Positions 21,074-30,494 of a DNA stretch of 64,000 bases are shown in pieces (within the stretch, counting starts at the first letter, position 1; the number at the start of each line of letters is the position of its first letter). This DNA is from an uncultured delta proteobacterium (GTDB taxonomy: Bacteria > Myxococcota > Myxococcia > Myxococcales > Myxococcaceae): positions 448,001-512,000 of the forward strand of contig CAVYSY010000033.1 in NCBI GenBank assembly GCA_963771175.1. Direction: 5' to 3'. The position numbers were made by a program, and so were the translations under genes. Below the pieces are notes generated by a model. The model saw nothing but the letters and a program-made list of their open reading frames with translations. It searched no databases and was not told where the DNA came from.

Positions 21074-22987
21074 ATGTCGCCGCCGCGCCGTCCCTCCAAG
21101 CGAGTCCTTCCCACCCTCCTGGTTCTCGCCCTGCTGCTCGCCATCGGTGGGTGGGCCGGGCATGCCTGGCTCCAGGGAGACGCGGTGCGGGCACGGGTGC
21201 TCGCCCGGGTGCGACCGGCCCTGGAGTCCCGACTGGGCCCGGTGCACCTCGGCGACGACTTCCACGTCGGGTGGACCGGGAAGGTGACGCTGGGGCCGGT
21301 GGAGCTTCCGGGCACGCGACCCGAGGACCCTCCCGTGGTGCGCATCTCGCGCGTCACCGTCCGCCTCCGGAGGCTCGCCCTTCTCTCGGGCCGCGTCGAA
21401 GCGAGTCAGGTGGAGCTCGCGGACGTACGGGTGGAGGCCGGGCCGCGAGGGCAGGAGCTGCGAGCCCTCCTCGAGCGGGTGCGCGAGGCACACCAGGCCC
21501 GGCGTCCGGCCCCATCGGCGGACGGGGGCACCGCTCGCGCACTGCCCGAGCTGGTGCTGAAGGACGTACACCTGGCCTTCGAGCGCCACGGCCGCGTGGA
21601 GTGGGGCCCGCTCGCGGCCCGGGTACGGGTGGAGGGCACGGGGGAGGCACCGCGGTTGGAAGCCACGGCCGAGCTGCCCGGTGGTGGAAGCGCGGAGCTG
21701 TCGCTCCAGCGCACGGAGTCGGGTCCCTCTGGGACACTCCGGGCGCGCAATGTCCCGGTGGGCCCGTTGCTGTCGCTCGCGCAACCCCCGTGGCGCCTGG
21801 AGGGTGGCACGCTGGAGGGAGAGCTGCGGGCGGATGCCTCGGGAGCCACCTTCTCCTGGGCGATGACAGGTCTCTCCGTGGCCACCCCACAGCTCGCCCC
21901 CGAGCCGGTGGGCCCCCTCGCCTTCTCGGCCAAGGGCCAGGTGAGTTGGGACCTGGAACGCCGGCACCTGGCGCTCGAGTCCCTGAGTCTGACGGTAGGT
22001 GAGCGCCGCGAGGCGCGCGTCGAGGTTCATGGCGAGGCCACCTGGAGCGAGGCACCCCACTTCTCGCTTCAAGCGGAGCTGCAACCCCTCTCGTTCGAGC
22101 AGGCGATGGCGGCACTCCCCGCCGCCCTGGTGCCCGGCACCGAGCTGGCGCGGCTGGAGGGCCATTTCCAGGCCTCGCTGTCGCTCTCCGGTCCGGTCCA
22201 CCGGCGCCGGGACTGGGAGGTGAAGGCGAAGCTGGATCTGGGCGAGCTGAAGCGCTCGGCCCGAGCAGGGCCCCTGGCCTGGCTGCGCGAGCCTTTCGAC
22301 TACCGGCCGCTGACGACCGAGGGCCGCGGGCGGGAGCTGCGCATCGGTCCGAGCAACTCCTCCTACGTGCCATTGGCCGAGCTCCCTCACCCGCTGGTCC
22401 GCGCGGTGCTGCGCAGCGAGGACGCGGCGTTCTGGATTCACCGGGGCTTCGACTTCGACTCGCTGCGGGGCATCCTGCTGGCGCCCGAGGACGACAAGGT
22501 GCGCGGGGGCTCCACCCTCACCCAGCAGCTCGCGAAGAACCTCTTCTTGTCTCGGGAGAAGACGTACGCGCGCAAGGTGAAGGAGGCCCTCCTCACACTG
22601 GGGCTGGAGGCCTCGGTGCCGAAGGAGCGGCTGCTCGAGGTGTACTTCAACATCATCGAGTGGGGCCCCGACCTCTACGGCATCGGCGAGGCGGCGCGGC
22701 ACTACTTCGACAAGGATGCGCGCGAGCTGAGCATCCAGGAGTCTGCCTTCCTCGCCACCATCATCCCCAACCCGGTGCGCTACCACGTGTACTGCAACCG
22801 GGGGGTGCTCTCCGATATCTGGAAGAAGAACATGGATGGCCTGCTGGCGGTGCTGTACGCGGGAGGCGACATCACCGAGACGGAGTACCAGGAGGCACTC
22901 ACCGCGCCGCTCGCCTTCGCCGGCCACCACGGCTCGCAGCAGCCCTCCGATGAGGCGTCGCTGAGCGATCATTCCGAGAGCAACTGA
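21074..22987 (+). CDS. Peptidoglycan transglycosylase (GT51) with long N-terminal AsmA-like region
   Basis: SEDAAFWIH, GGSTLTQQLAKN, RKVKE, YFNIIEWG; no transpeptidase domain. Confidence 0.85.
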   Translation: MSPPRRPSKRVLPTLLVLALLLAIGGWAGHAWLQGDAVRARVLARVRPALESRLGPVHLGDDFHVGWTGKVTLGPVELPGTRPEDPPVVRISRVTVRLRRLALLSGRVEASQVELADVRVEAGPRGQELRALLERVREAHQARRPAPSADGGTARALPELVLKDVHLAFERHGRVEWGPLAARVRVEGTGEAPRLEATAELPGGGSAELSLQRTESGPSGTLRARNVPVGPLLSLAQPPWRLEGGTLEGELRADASGATFSWAMTGLSVATPQLAPEPVGPLAFSAKGQVSWDLERRHLALESLSLTVGERREARVEVHGEATWSEAPHFSLQAELQPLSFEQAMAALPAALVPGTELARLEGHFQASLSLSGPVHRRRDWEVKAKLDLGELKRSARAGPLAWLREPFDYRPLTTEGRGRELRIGPSNSSYVPLAELPHPLVRAVLRSEDAAFWIHRGFDFDSLRGILLAPEDDKVRGGSTLTQQLAKNLFLSREKTYARKVKEALLTLGLEASVPKERLLEVYFNIIEWGPDLYGIGEAARHYFDKDARELSIQESAFLATIIPNPVRYHVYCNRGVLSDIWKKNMDGLLAVLYAGGDITETEYQEALTAPLAFAGHHGSQQPSDEASLSDHSESN

Positions 22988-23002
22988 CCGGGCGCGACCC
23001 GG

Positions 23003-23204
23003 GTGCATTCCACTCCTCATCGATGAGCAGCGGAATGTCCCCCTCCCGTTTCACTCCTCATCGATGAGCAGCGGAATGTCCCCCTCCCGTTTCACTCCTC
23101 ATCGATGAGCAGCGGAATGTCCCCCTCCCGTTTCACTCCTCATCGATGAGCAGCGGAATGTCCCCCTCCCGTTTCACTCCTCATCGATGAGCAGTGGAAT
23201 GCAC
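23003..23204. repeat. 41-bp perfect tandem repeat (4 full copies plus 1 partial) with palindromic core and terminal inverted repeats
   Basis: Unit CACTCCTCATCGATGAGCAGCGGAATGTCCCCCTCCCGTTT starts at 23011, 23052, 23093, 23134 and 23175 (partial). Confidence 0.97.
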
Positions 23205-23365
23205 GCAGTGTCTCCCGCCGCGGACGGTCCCTCCGAGCAGTGAGATTCCTTTTCGTCCCTCCCAATACGTAAGTGAGCGAATCCACATGATTGCCCCTTG
23301 GCCCTCGAATTGCTTGACGCCGGCCAGCCGCAATCCGCGGCTCCACCTCAACAGGGGGGCAAATC

Positions 23366-24046
23366 ATGGAAGAGACGAACGGAAGCACCACCACGCCCAC
23401 GCTGACGCTCCAGCAGGCACTGGACTCCATCCTCGAATACCTGGAGCAGGGCAACGCCGGTCACTACAAGATCGGGTTGCGCTACAACTACATCGTGGAC
23501 AACGAGCTGGCGGACAAGAACGGGTATGAGAGCGCCCAGCAGTTCTTCAGTCAGCACGTCAAGGCACTCTCGCAGGCGACGCTGACCCGGTATGGCGCCG
23601 TGGCCCGGGACTTCACCGAGGAGGCGTGCACGAAGTACGGGGTGACAAACCTGAGCGCCCTGCGCGCCTACGCGGCCGTGGCCGACCTCCAGCCCGAGAG
23701 CGGTGACCCGGGCCCCACGCCCATCGACGTGCCCCAGAAAAATGGAGGCCTCGTGGTGCGGAAGCTCTTCTCCGAGTGCAGCGTGGAGGAGCTGAAGCTG
23801 GCCGTGAAGAACAAGCGCCAGCCTTCCCGAGCCACCATGCCCACGCCGGACGCGGCCCGCATCGCGCTCATGCGTGAAAGCCTCTTGCGCTACTTCGCCA
23901 AGGGCACCCGCGTGCAACTCAAGACGAGCGTCCAGCGCGGCAACACCCTCGTCACGATTCAGGGCGTGCCCCTGAAGGACATGGAGCGCCTCATGGAGGC
24001 CCTCATGGATGGCCTCATGCCCCCGCCCGTGCGCGCGGTGGGATGA
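23366..24046 (+). CDS. Hypothetical protein, putative helical DNA-binding protein
   Basis: 226-aa ORF with AGGGGGG RBS; HYKIG..GYESAQQFF..LSQATLTRYGAVA and CSVEELKLAVK segments. Confidence 0.8.
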   Translation: MEETNGSTTTPTLTLQQALDSILEYLEQGNAGHYKIGLRYNYIVDNELADKNGYESAQQFFSQHVKALSQATLTRYGAVARDFTEEACTKYGVTNLSALRAYAAVADLQPESGDPGPTPIDVPQKNGGLVVRKLFSECSVEELKLAVKNKRQPSRATMPTPDAARIALMRESLLRYFAKGTRVQLKTSVQRGNTLVTIQGVPLKDMERLMEALMDGLMPPPVRAVG

Positions 24047-24064
24047 GCCCCGAGGGCTCGGGGC
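24047..24064. terminator. GC hairpin between convergent genes
   Basis: GCCCCGAG-GG-CTCGGGGC directly after the stop codon; no U-tract. Confidence 0.4.
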
Positions 24065-24073
24065 ACGGGCTGC

Positions 24074-25297
24074 TCACCCCTCCGCGCGTAGCGTGAGGAT
24101 GGACACCTCGGCCGGCACGCCGAGCCGGAACGGCAGCCAGTGCCCCGTGCCTCCCGACACGTAAAGCTGGCTCTCTCCATGCCGGTAGCGGCCCAGCATG
24201 TAGTCGAAGGCGAACCGGAACAACGGTATGCCGAGGAACGCCACCTGCCCGCCGTGCGTGTGGCCGGCGAGCGTGAGCCTCGCGCCCCGCTCCACCGCGA
24301 GCGGGAAGAAGTCCGGGTGGTGCGACAGGCAGAGCACCACCTCTTCCGGAGACGTCTCCCGAAAGGCGACCTCCGCGGAGCGCCGCATGCGCTCCCCCTT
24401 CACCTTCATGCTCCGCCCGCTCATGGGGTAGTCCACGCCCACCACACGCACCCGCTGCCCGGCGTGCTCCAGCACATGCGCCTCGTCCACCAGCAGGCGG
24501 ACCGGACTCCCTCGACGCGCGCTCGCCGAGTACGCATCCAGAATCGGCGGCAGGCCGCGCCAGTGCTCGTGGTTGCCCAGGATGGCGAGCATCCCGTGCG
24601 GCGCCTGGCACTTCTCCAGTGCGGCCATCGTTCCGTCGAGTTGCTCGAGATCGTCGATCAGATCCCCCGTCATCACCTGGAGGTCCACCCGCGCCTTGTT
24701 CATCGCCTCCACCGAGGCGCGCACGTATTCGGTGTCGATGAACGTGCCGACATGGATGTCCGTGATCTGACCGATCCGGAAGCCATCGAGCGCCCGTGGC
24801 AGGCCACGCAGCCGCACCTCCACCTCGCGCACCTCGAAGCCGGAGGAACCGGCCACGATGCCCGCGGAGCTCGTCCCCGCCGCCAGCACCGGCAACGCAC
24901 GGCCCACACCGACGAGCAGATTCCGTCGTTCCATGTTGACTCCTGGCGCCGCCACGAGGGACGGGCCGCCCTTGTCCACCTGGACCGCCGGGAGCAGACC
25001 CGACCGGGCCCGCTCGCCGCGCCCGCGTAGAAGCGCGAGGGGCCACCCGAGGAGCATCACCAGCCCCATCGCGATGAGCCAGCCCGAGCCGAACAGCTTC
25101 AGGGGCATGCCCACCATCGGCAGCACGCCGTGGTTGCCGAGCCCGAGCGCCAGCGGGAGGGCGAAGGCCACCACCGAGAGCCCCGACATTCCGAGAAACG
25201 CATGGCGGCGCCACCCTTCACGGAGGCTGGGCCACAACCGACGCAGGACGAAGTACGCGCCCACGTTCACGAGGGCCAAGAAGAAGAGTCTTCCCAT
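24074..25297 (-). CDS. Membrane-anchored calcineurin-like metallophosphoesterase
   Basis: TDIH, TGD, GNHE, SHHP, GHTHGGQ; N-terminal TMs. Confidence 0.9.
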   Translation of the reverse strand: MGRLFFLALVNVGAYFVLRRLWPSLREGWRRHAFLGMSGLSVVAFALPLALGLGNHGVLPMVGMPLKLFGSGWLIAMGLVMLLGWPLALLRGRGERARSGLLPAVQVDKGGPSLVAAPGVNMERRNLLVGVGRALPVLAAGTSSAGIVAGSSGFEVREVEVRLRGLPRALDGFRIGQITDIHVGTFIDTEYVRASVEAMNKARVDLQVMTGDLIDDLEQLDGTMAALEKCQAPHGMLAILGNHEHWRGLPPILDAYSASARRGSPVRLLVDEAHVLEHAGQRVRVVGVDYPMSGRSMKVKGERMRRSAEVAFRETSPEEVVLCLSHHPDFFPLAVERGARLTLAGHTHGGQVAFLGIPLFRFAFDYMLGRYRHGESQLYVSGGTGHWLPFRLGVPAEVSILTLRAEG

Positions 25298-25438
25298 TCC
25301 GGCCACTGCATAACAAAGCGGACACCTGGATGCCGGCTGAACGCAAGCCCGTCCTCCAGGCGGGCCTTCGCTCGAGGGAGAGCCCTCCGCTCCTGGGGAG
25401 CCTTGGACCGTCTCCCCACGTGTGTAACGGTGGGACAC

Positions 25439-26020
25439 ATGAGCCAGCAGGACGAGAGCGGGGCCCGGGCCCTGCGCGAGCGGTACCGGGAGCTGACCGC
25501 CAAGGTGGATGCCTTCTTCACCCGCGTGCAATCCCGCTACGGGAGCGCCATGCAGTGCAAGGCGGGTTGTACCGCCTGCTGCCATGTGCGGCTGTCCGTC
25601 ACCGCGCTCGAGGCCAGCATCATCCGCGACGGCCTCGCCGGGCTCTCGGCCGAGGAGCGGACTCGGCTGGCCCACCGGGCGAAGCACGGAGCTCCGGGAG
25701 CCTGCCCGGCGCTCGAGGCGGATGGGCGTTGCGCCATCTACGCCTGGCGCCCCCTGGTGTGTCGCTCGCACGGGGTGCCCATCCGACACCGGGAGCCGGA
25801 TGGCGCGGCGGCCGTCTCCGCGTGCGAGAAGAACTTCGAGGGCGGAGCCGCGCTGCCCGAGGTGTCCCCGGACTGTGTGCTCGATCAGGTCACCCTGTCC
25901 ACGATGCTGGGGGCGCTGGACGCGGCCTACGCGGACACGCAAGGGACGCAGCGCGGCAGGCGTTTCCAGCTCGATGACCTGCTCGCGGAGCCTCTCCAGT
26001 CTCCTGGGCAGGCCCAATAG
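25439..26020 (+). CDS. YkgJ-family cysteine cluster protein
   Basis: CKAGCTACC, CPAL..GRCAIYAWRPLVCR. Confidence 0.85.
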   Translation: MSQQDESGARALRERYRELTAKVDAFFTRVQSRYGSAMQCKAGCTACCHVRLSVTALEASIIRDGLAGLSAEERTRLAHRAKHGAPGACPALEADGRCAIYAWRPLVCRSHGVPIRHREPDGAAAVSACEKNFEGGAALPEVSPDCVLDQVTLSTMLGALDAAYADTQGTQRGRRFQLDDLLAEPLQSPGQAQ

Positions 26021-26035
26021 CGGTATCCTGGGGGC

Positions 26036-26353
26036 ATGCCGAACAGCCTGCTCGTCGTCCACGTCCACGTCCACGTCAAGCCCGAGTCGGTCGAGGCCTT
26101 CCGCGAGGCCACCCTGGCCAACGCCCGCGAGAGCGTGAAGGAGCCGGGCATCGCTCGCTTCGACGTCATCCAGGACACCGAGGACCCGACGCGCTTCGTG
26201 CTGGTCGAGGTCTACCGGACGCCCCAGGCGCCGGCCGCCCACAAGGAGACGGCGCACTACCTGACGTGGCGCGACACGGTGGCGCCGATGATGGCCGAGC
26301 CGCGCACCAGCCGGAAGTACGTCAACCGCTTCCCCGACGACGCGGGCTGGTGA
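26036..26353 (+). CDS. ABM-fold protein (quinol monooxygenase/LsrG-like)
   Basis: [24 protein letters not shown]. Confidence 0.85.
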   Translation: MPNSLLVVHVHVHVKPESVEAFREATLANARESVKEPGIARFDVIQDTEDPTRFVLVEVYRTPQAPAAHKETAHYLTWRDTVAPMMAEPRTSRKYVNRFPDDAGW

Positions 26354-26354
26354 C

Positions 26355-27519
26355 ATGGGTGTGAGTGGCTTCGAGTTCGCCACCGCCACGCGCATCGTCT
26401 TCGGGGCGGGCCGCCTGGCCGAGGCCCCCGAGGCGGTGCGGGCCCTGGGCGGCCGCAGGTGCTCCTCGTCACCGGCCGCGACCCCGACGCGCGCCGAGCC
26501 GCTGCGCGAGGGACTCGCCCGGCTGGGGCTCCCCAGCGTCACCTTCGCGGTGGAGGGCGAGCCCACCGTGGAGCTGGCACGGGAGGGCACCGCCGCCGCC
26601 GTTGCCGACGCTGCGACGCGGTGGTGGCCTTCGGCGGCGGCAGCGCGCTCGACGCGGGCAAGGCCATCGCCGCGCTGGCCGCCAACGGCGGCGACCCGCT
26701 CGACTACCTGGAGGTGGTCGGCCGGGGCAGGCGCTGACGAAGCCCTCGCTGCCGTTCGTGGCCATTCCCACCACCGCGGGCACCGGCTCCGAGGTGACGC
26801 GCAACGCGGTGCTGGCGTCGCAGGACGCCCAGGTCAAGGCGAGCCTGCGCAGCCCGCTCATGCTGCCGCGGCTGGCCCTCGTCGATCCCGACCTGCTGAC
26901 GGGCGCGCCTCCCGCGGTGCTGGCCTCCAGCGGGCTGGACGCGCTCTCGCAGCTCATCGAGCCCTTCCTCTCGGCCCGCGCCAACCCGCTCACCGACGCG
27001 CTGGCCCGCGAGGGACTGGGCCGCTCGGCACGCTCGCTGCGCCGCGCGGTGCTGGAGGGGCCCGACGCGGCGGCGCGCGAGGACCTGGCGCTCGCGAGCC
27101 TCTTCGGCGGCCTGTGTCTGGCCAACGCGGGCCTGGGCGCGGTGCACGGCTTCGCGGCGCCGGTGGGCGGCATGTTCGACGCGCCCCATGGCGCGGTCTG
27201 CGCGGCGCTGCTCCCCGCCACACTGGAGGTGAACCTGCGCGCACTGCGGGCCCGGGCGCCAGCGCACCCCGCGCTGCCCCGCTTCCAGGAGGTGGCGGCG
27301 CTGCTCACCGGGCGCGCGGAGGCGCGGGCCGAGGACGGCATCGCCTGGGTGAAGGAGCTCTGCCAGTCGCTGGCCGTGCCGGGCCTGGGGCGCTACGGAT
27401 TGACGGAGGCGGACGTGCCACGGCTCGTGGCTCGGGCGAAAGCAGCCAGCAGCATGAAGGGCAACCCCTTGGCGCTCACGGACGAGGAGCTCACGGAGAT
27501 CGCTGTCCGCTCGCGGTGA
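26355..27519 (+). CDS. Iron-containing alcohol dehydrogenase; frameshifts in the 5' third
   Basis: [35 protein letters not shown]. Confidence 0.88.
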
Positions 27520-27530
27520 GGGAAAACGGT

Positions 27531-27755
27531 ATGGCCAACAGGATCAGTCGGATCACCTCCTTCGTCGAAAAGCGCCGGCTCGGCTTCGGTGTCGCGCGGC
27601 TCATCATGATGAGCGGCGTGAATGTCCGCAGCTTCGGGCCGAATGATCCGGACCCACCCGACGCCCTGAAGCGTCTGGAGCAGGTGCTTCCCCAAATCCT
27701 CTCGGCACCGGAGCTGAGGGAGCTCGCCAACCTTCTTTCGGAGGCAGGAACATGA
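27531..27755 (+). CDS. Small hypothetical protein (74 aa)
   Basis: GAGGG RBS; ATGA overlap with the FIST gene. Confidence 0.7.
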   Translation: MANRISRITSFVEKRRLGFGVARLIMMSGVNVRSFGPNDPDPPDALKRLEQVLPQILSAPELRELANLLSEAGT

Positions 27756-28940
27756 CCGTCGCGATTGGAGTCGGGTACGGAGATGCCGCGGATGCGGTGA
27801 AGGCCGTCCAGGCAGCGGTGGAGCAGGCGCGGGCGCAACTCGGAGGAGTCCCCGCCCAGGCGGCCTACATCACCTCCACGGTGGACCACGAGGCCACGCG
27901 TGTCCACGCCGCCTTCCAGGAGGCGCTGGCCGGGGTGCCTCTGCACGGGGTGACCACGTCGCTGGGCGTCCTCACGCCGGACGGAGTGCGCAACGAGGGC
28001 CATGGCGCGGTGGCGGTGATGCTGGTGGGCGGCGCACCGGGGACGGCCTTCGTGGCCTCCTCCCTGGAGGCGGAAGGGCGCCGGGCTGGTGAGGCCGCGG
28101 CGCGGGAGCTGGTGCGGAAGGCCGGCGGGAAGATGCCGCGGATGATCCTCTTCAACGCCTCGCCCGGCGAGGAGGAGGCGATGCTGACGGGCATCGCGAG
28201 CGTGTGCCCGGAGGTGCCGTGCCAGGGGGGCAGCGCCGCGGACCATGCCATCGCCGGTCAGTGGAGCGTCTTCACACAGGAGGGCCCGGTACCCACGGGC
28301 GTGTCGCTGCTGGGCATCTTCGGCGAGGGGCGGGTGGGGACGGCGCTGTCCACGCCCTACAGCCCCACGGGCGAGCGCGCCCGAGCCACGGGGACACAGG
28401 GTCGCACCCTGCTGACTCTGAATGGCCAGCCCGCCGCGCAGGTGCTGGGGCGCTGGCTGGAGGGAGCCATCGATCACCAGGTGCACTCGGGCGGCAACAT
28501 CCTGGCGCAGACGGCACTGCGGCCCATCGCCGTGCGCCGTGACGTGGGCAGCCGGACCCACTACGTGACAGTGCACCCGGCCCAGGTCCACGCGGAGCTG
28601 GGAGCGGTGGACATCTTCGCCCGCATCGAGCCGGATGACGAGGTGTGCCTGATGACCGGCACCGCCGAGGGTCTCGTGGCCGAGGTGGCTCACCTCATCG
28701 ACATGGCGCTGGCGCACGGCAACCTGACGACTCGGGATGTGAAGGGCGCGACGCTCATCTTCTGCGCAGGGTGCGCGGGCGCGTTGGGGCCTCGCATCGA
28801 CGAGGGCCTGCGAACCTTCTCCGCGACTGCTGCCGGGCGTGCCCGTGCTGGGACTGTGTACCTTCGGCGAGCAGGGCCACATCCCGGGCCTGGGCAACGT
28901 CCACCAGGACCTGTCGCTCAGCCTCACGCTGTTCGCCTGA
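27752..28940 (+). CDS. FIST signal transduction protein; frameshift near 28820
   Basis: GVTT, GGSAAD, LNGQPA, CAGC and, in the shifted frame, TFGEQG..HQ. Confidence 0.85.
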
Positions 28941-29138
28941 CCGACCCCACGGTCCGTCCGAGCCGGGCAGGGCCTGGGCTGACCACGAGTCAAGCCCTCC
29001 GCCCATGCGGTGGAAGCACCCGAATTCGAAGAGTCCGTAAATCTCCGCCTCGGGTGCCGCACGGCCCGTCATATGGGTGCACCGCGCGTTGCACACCCAA
29101 CCCCGCGGGGGCCATCCGCGCTATATCTCCCTGCGTCC

Positions 29139-29969
29139 ATGGCCCGTTGGTCTCCCGTGTCCTTCCTCCCCGCGCTGGTGGCGCTCACCACGAGCGCCTG
29201 CGCGTGGATTCCCCCCGCGGAGCCCGACATGCTCCCGGCTCCGACGGAGGAGGCGCCCGCCCCCCCGGAGCCCTCGGCGTGTCTGACGGCCCCCATCGTG
29301 ACGAATGGAAGCCGGCACCGGATGCGGCTCGCGCTCACCTTCGACGCCTGCTCCACGCGCCATAACGAGTACGACGAGCGTGTCATCCGCACGCTGCTGG
29401 AGACCTCGACGCCGGCCACGCTCTTCCTCGGCGGCGGCTGGTCCCTGGCCAACCCGGATCGCGTCCAGGAGCTCGCGCAGTACCCGGACTTCGAGTTCGG
29501 CAACCACACCTTCTCGCATCCGCACATGCCCCAGGTGAAGGACGACCGGAGGGTGGTGGAGGAGCTGCAGCGCACCCAGCGTGTCGTGTACGACCTGACG
29601 GGCCGCATCCCCAGGTACTTCCGCCCGCCCTTCGGCGAGGTGGACAGGCGCGTCGCCTGGCTCGCGTCCCAGGCGGCCCTCACCACCATCAACTACGACC
29701 TGCCCTCGGGCGACCCGGACGAGACCATCACGCCGAAGCGGCTGGTGGACTGGGTGCTGAAGAAGGCGAGCCCCGGCGGCATCGTGGTGATGCACATGAA
29801 CCACAAGCGCTTCCCCACCGCCGCGGCCCTGCCGGACGTCATCAAGGGGCTACGCAAGCGCGGCTTCGAGCTCGTCACGGTGGGCACGCTGCTCGAGGAC
29901 ACGAGCTGGCCCACGTGCCAGCCCACCCTGGAGCCCGAGCGTCCCGTGGTGGCGGAAGTCATCCCCTGA
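29139..29969 (+). CDS. Polysaccharide deacetylase (CE4), probable lipoprotein
   Basis: ALTFDA, NHTFSHP, FRPPFG, VMH; TSAC lipobox-like. Confidence 0.88.
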   Translation: MARWSPVSFLPALVALTTSACAWIPPAEPDMLPAPTEEAPAPPEPSACLTAPIVTNGSRHRMRLALTFDACSTRHNEYDERVIRTLLETSTPATLFLGGGWSLANPDRVQELAQYPDFEFGNHTFSHPHMPQVKDDRRVVEELQRTQRVVYDLTGRIPRYFRPPFGEVDRRVAWLASQAALTTINYDLPSGDPDETITPKRLVDWVLKKASPGGIVVMHMNHKRFPTAAALPDVIKGLRKRGFELVTVGTLLEDTSWPTCQPTLEPERPVVAEVIP

Positions 29970-30429
29970 CGCGCGGCTTCCAGAAGACGAGCTCCGCGAC
30001 ACCCGGGACGGCGAATCCCGGGAGCTGGCCCACCTGCCGGTACCCGTGCCGCTGGTAGAAGCGCTGCGCGCCCTCGTTGAAGTCCGAGGTGAGCAGGAAG
30101 AAGCCTCCGGGCGGGTCTCCACACCCGGCCTCGTAGGCAGCGAGGAGCTGGGCTCCCAGGCCCGAGCCGTGACGATCCTCCCGGATGGCGAGCGTGCGCA
30201 GGTAGGCGCCCGTGCCGAAGGTGCCCCGGGTGAGGAACCAGCACACGCCCACCGGACCGCTCTCGTCGGTGGCCATGAGCAGCCCCTCCCCTCGCTCGAG
30301 CGCGCCGCGGAAGCGGGCCGCCAGGGCCGTGGCGTCCAGGCCATAGGCCTTGAAGAGAGGGAGCGGCGCCAGCGCGGTGGCCAGCGCCGGCAGGTCCTCG
30401 GGGGTGGCGGGGCGGATGACGGCGGGCAT
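29959..30429 (-). CDS. GNAT N-acetyltransferase
   Basis: RHGSGLG acetyl-CoA motif; NEGAQRFYQRHGY. Confidence 0.85.
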   Translation of the reverse strand: MPAVIRPATPEDLPALATALAPLPLFKAYGLDATALAARFRGALERGEGLLMATDESGPVGVCWFLTRGTFGTGAYLRTLAIREDRHGSGLGAQLLAAYEAGCGDPPGGFFLLTSDFNEGAQRFYQRHGYRQVGQLPGFAVPGVAELVFWKPRVRG

Positions 30430-30494
30430 GAAATCCTCTCGAAGCGCTGGGGCTCCGGGAGATTGGACCGGAGCGCCGCGCCACACAACCCAAC

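Noticed and set aside
23003..23204. CRISPR or other spacer-containing guide array
   Set aside because: The segments between palindromes are identical, so there are no variable spacers, and no cas genes are present.
23011..23204. Protein-coding repeat
   Set aside because: 41 bp is not a multiple of 3 and the TGA in each unit interrupts reading on both strands.
25298..26590. Long N-terminal extension of the metallophosphoesterase in the ORF track
   Set aside because: Overlaps real plus-strand genes; the plausible start is ATG 25297.
26355..27755. 466-aa ADH/small-protein fusion ORF
   Set aside because: Artefact of ADH frameshifts; the small gene has its own RBS and ATG at 27531.
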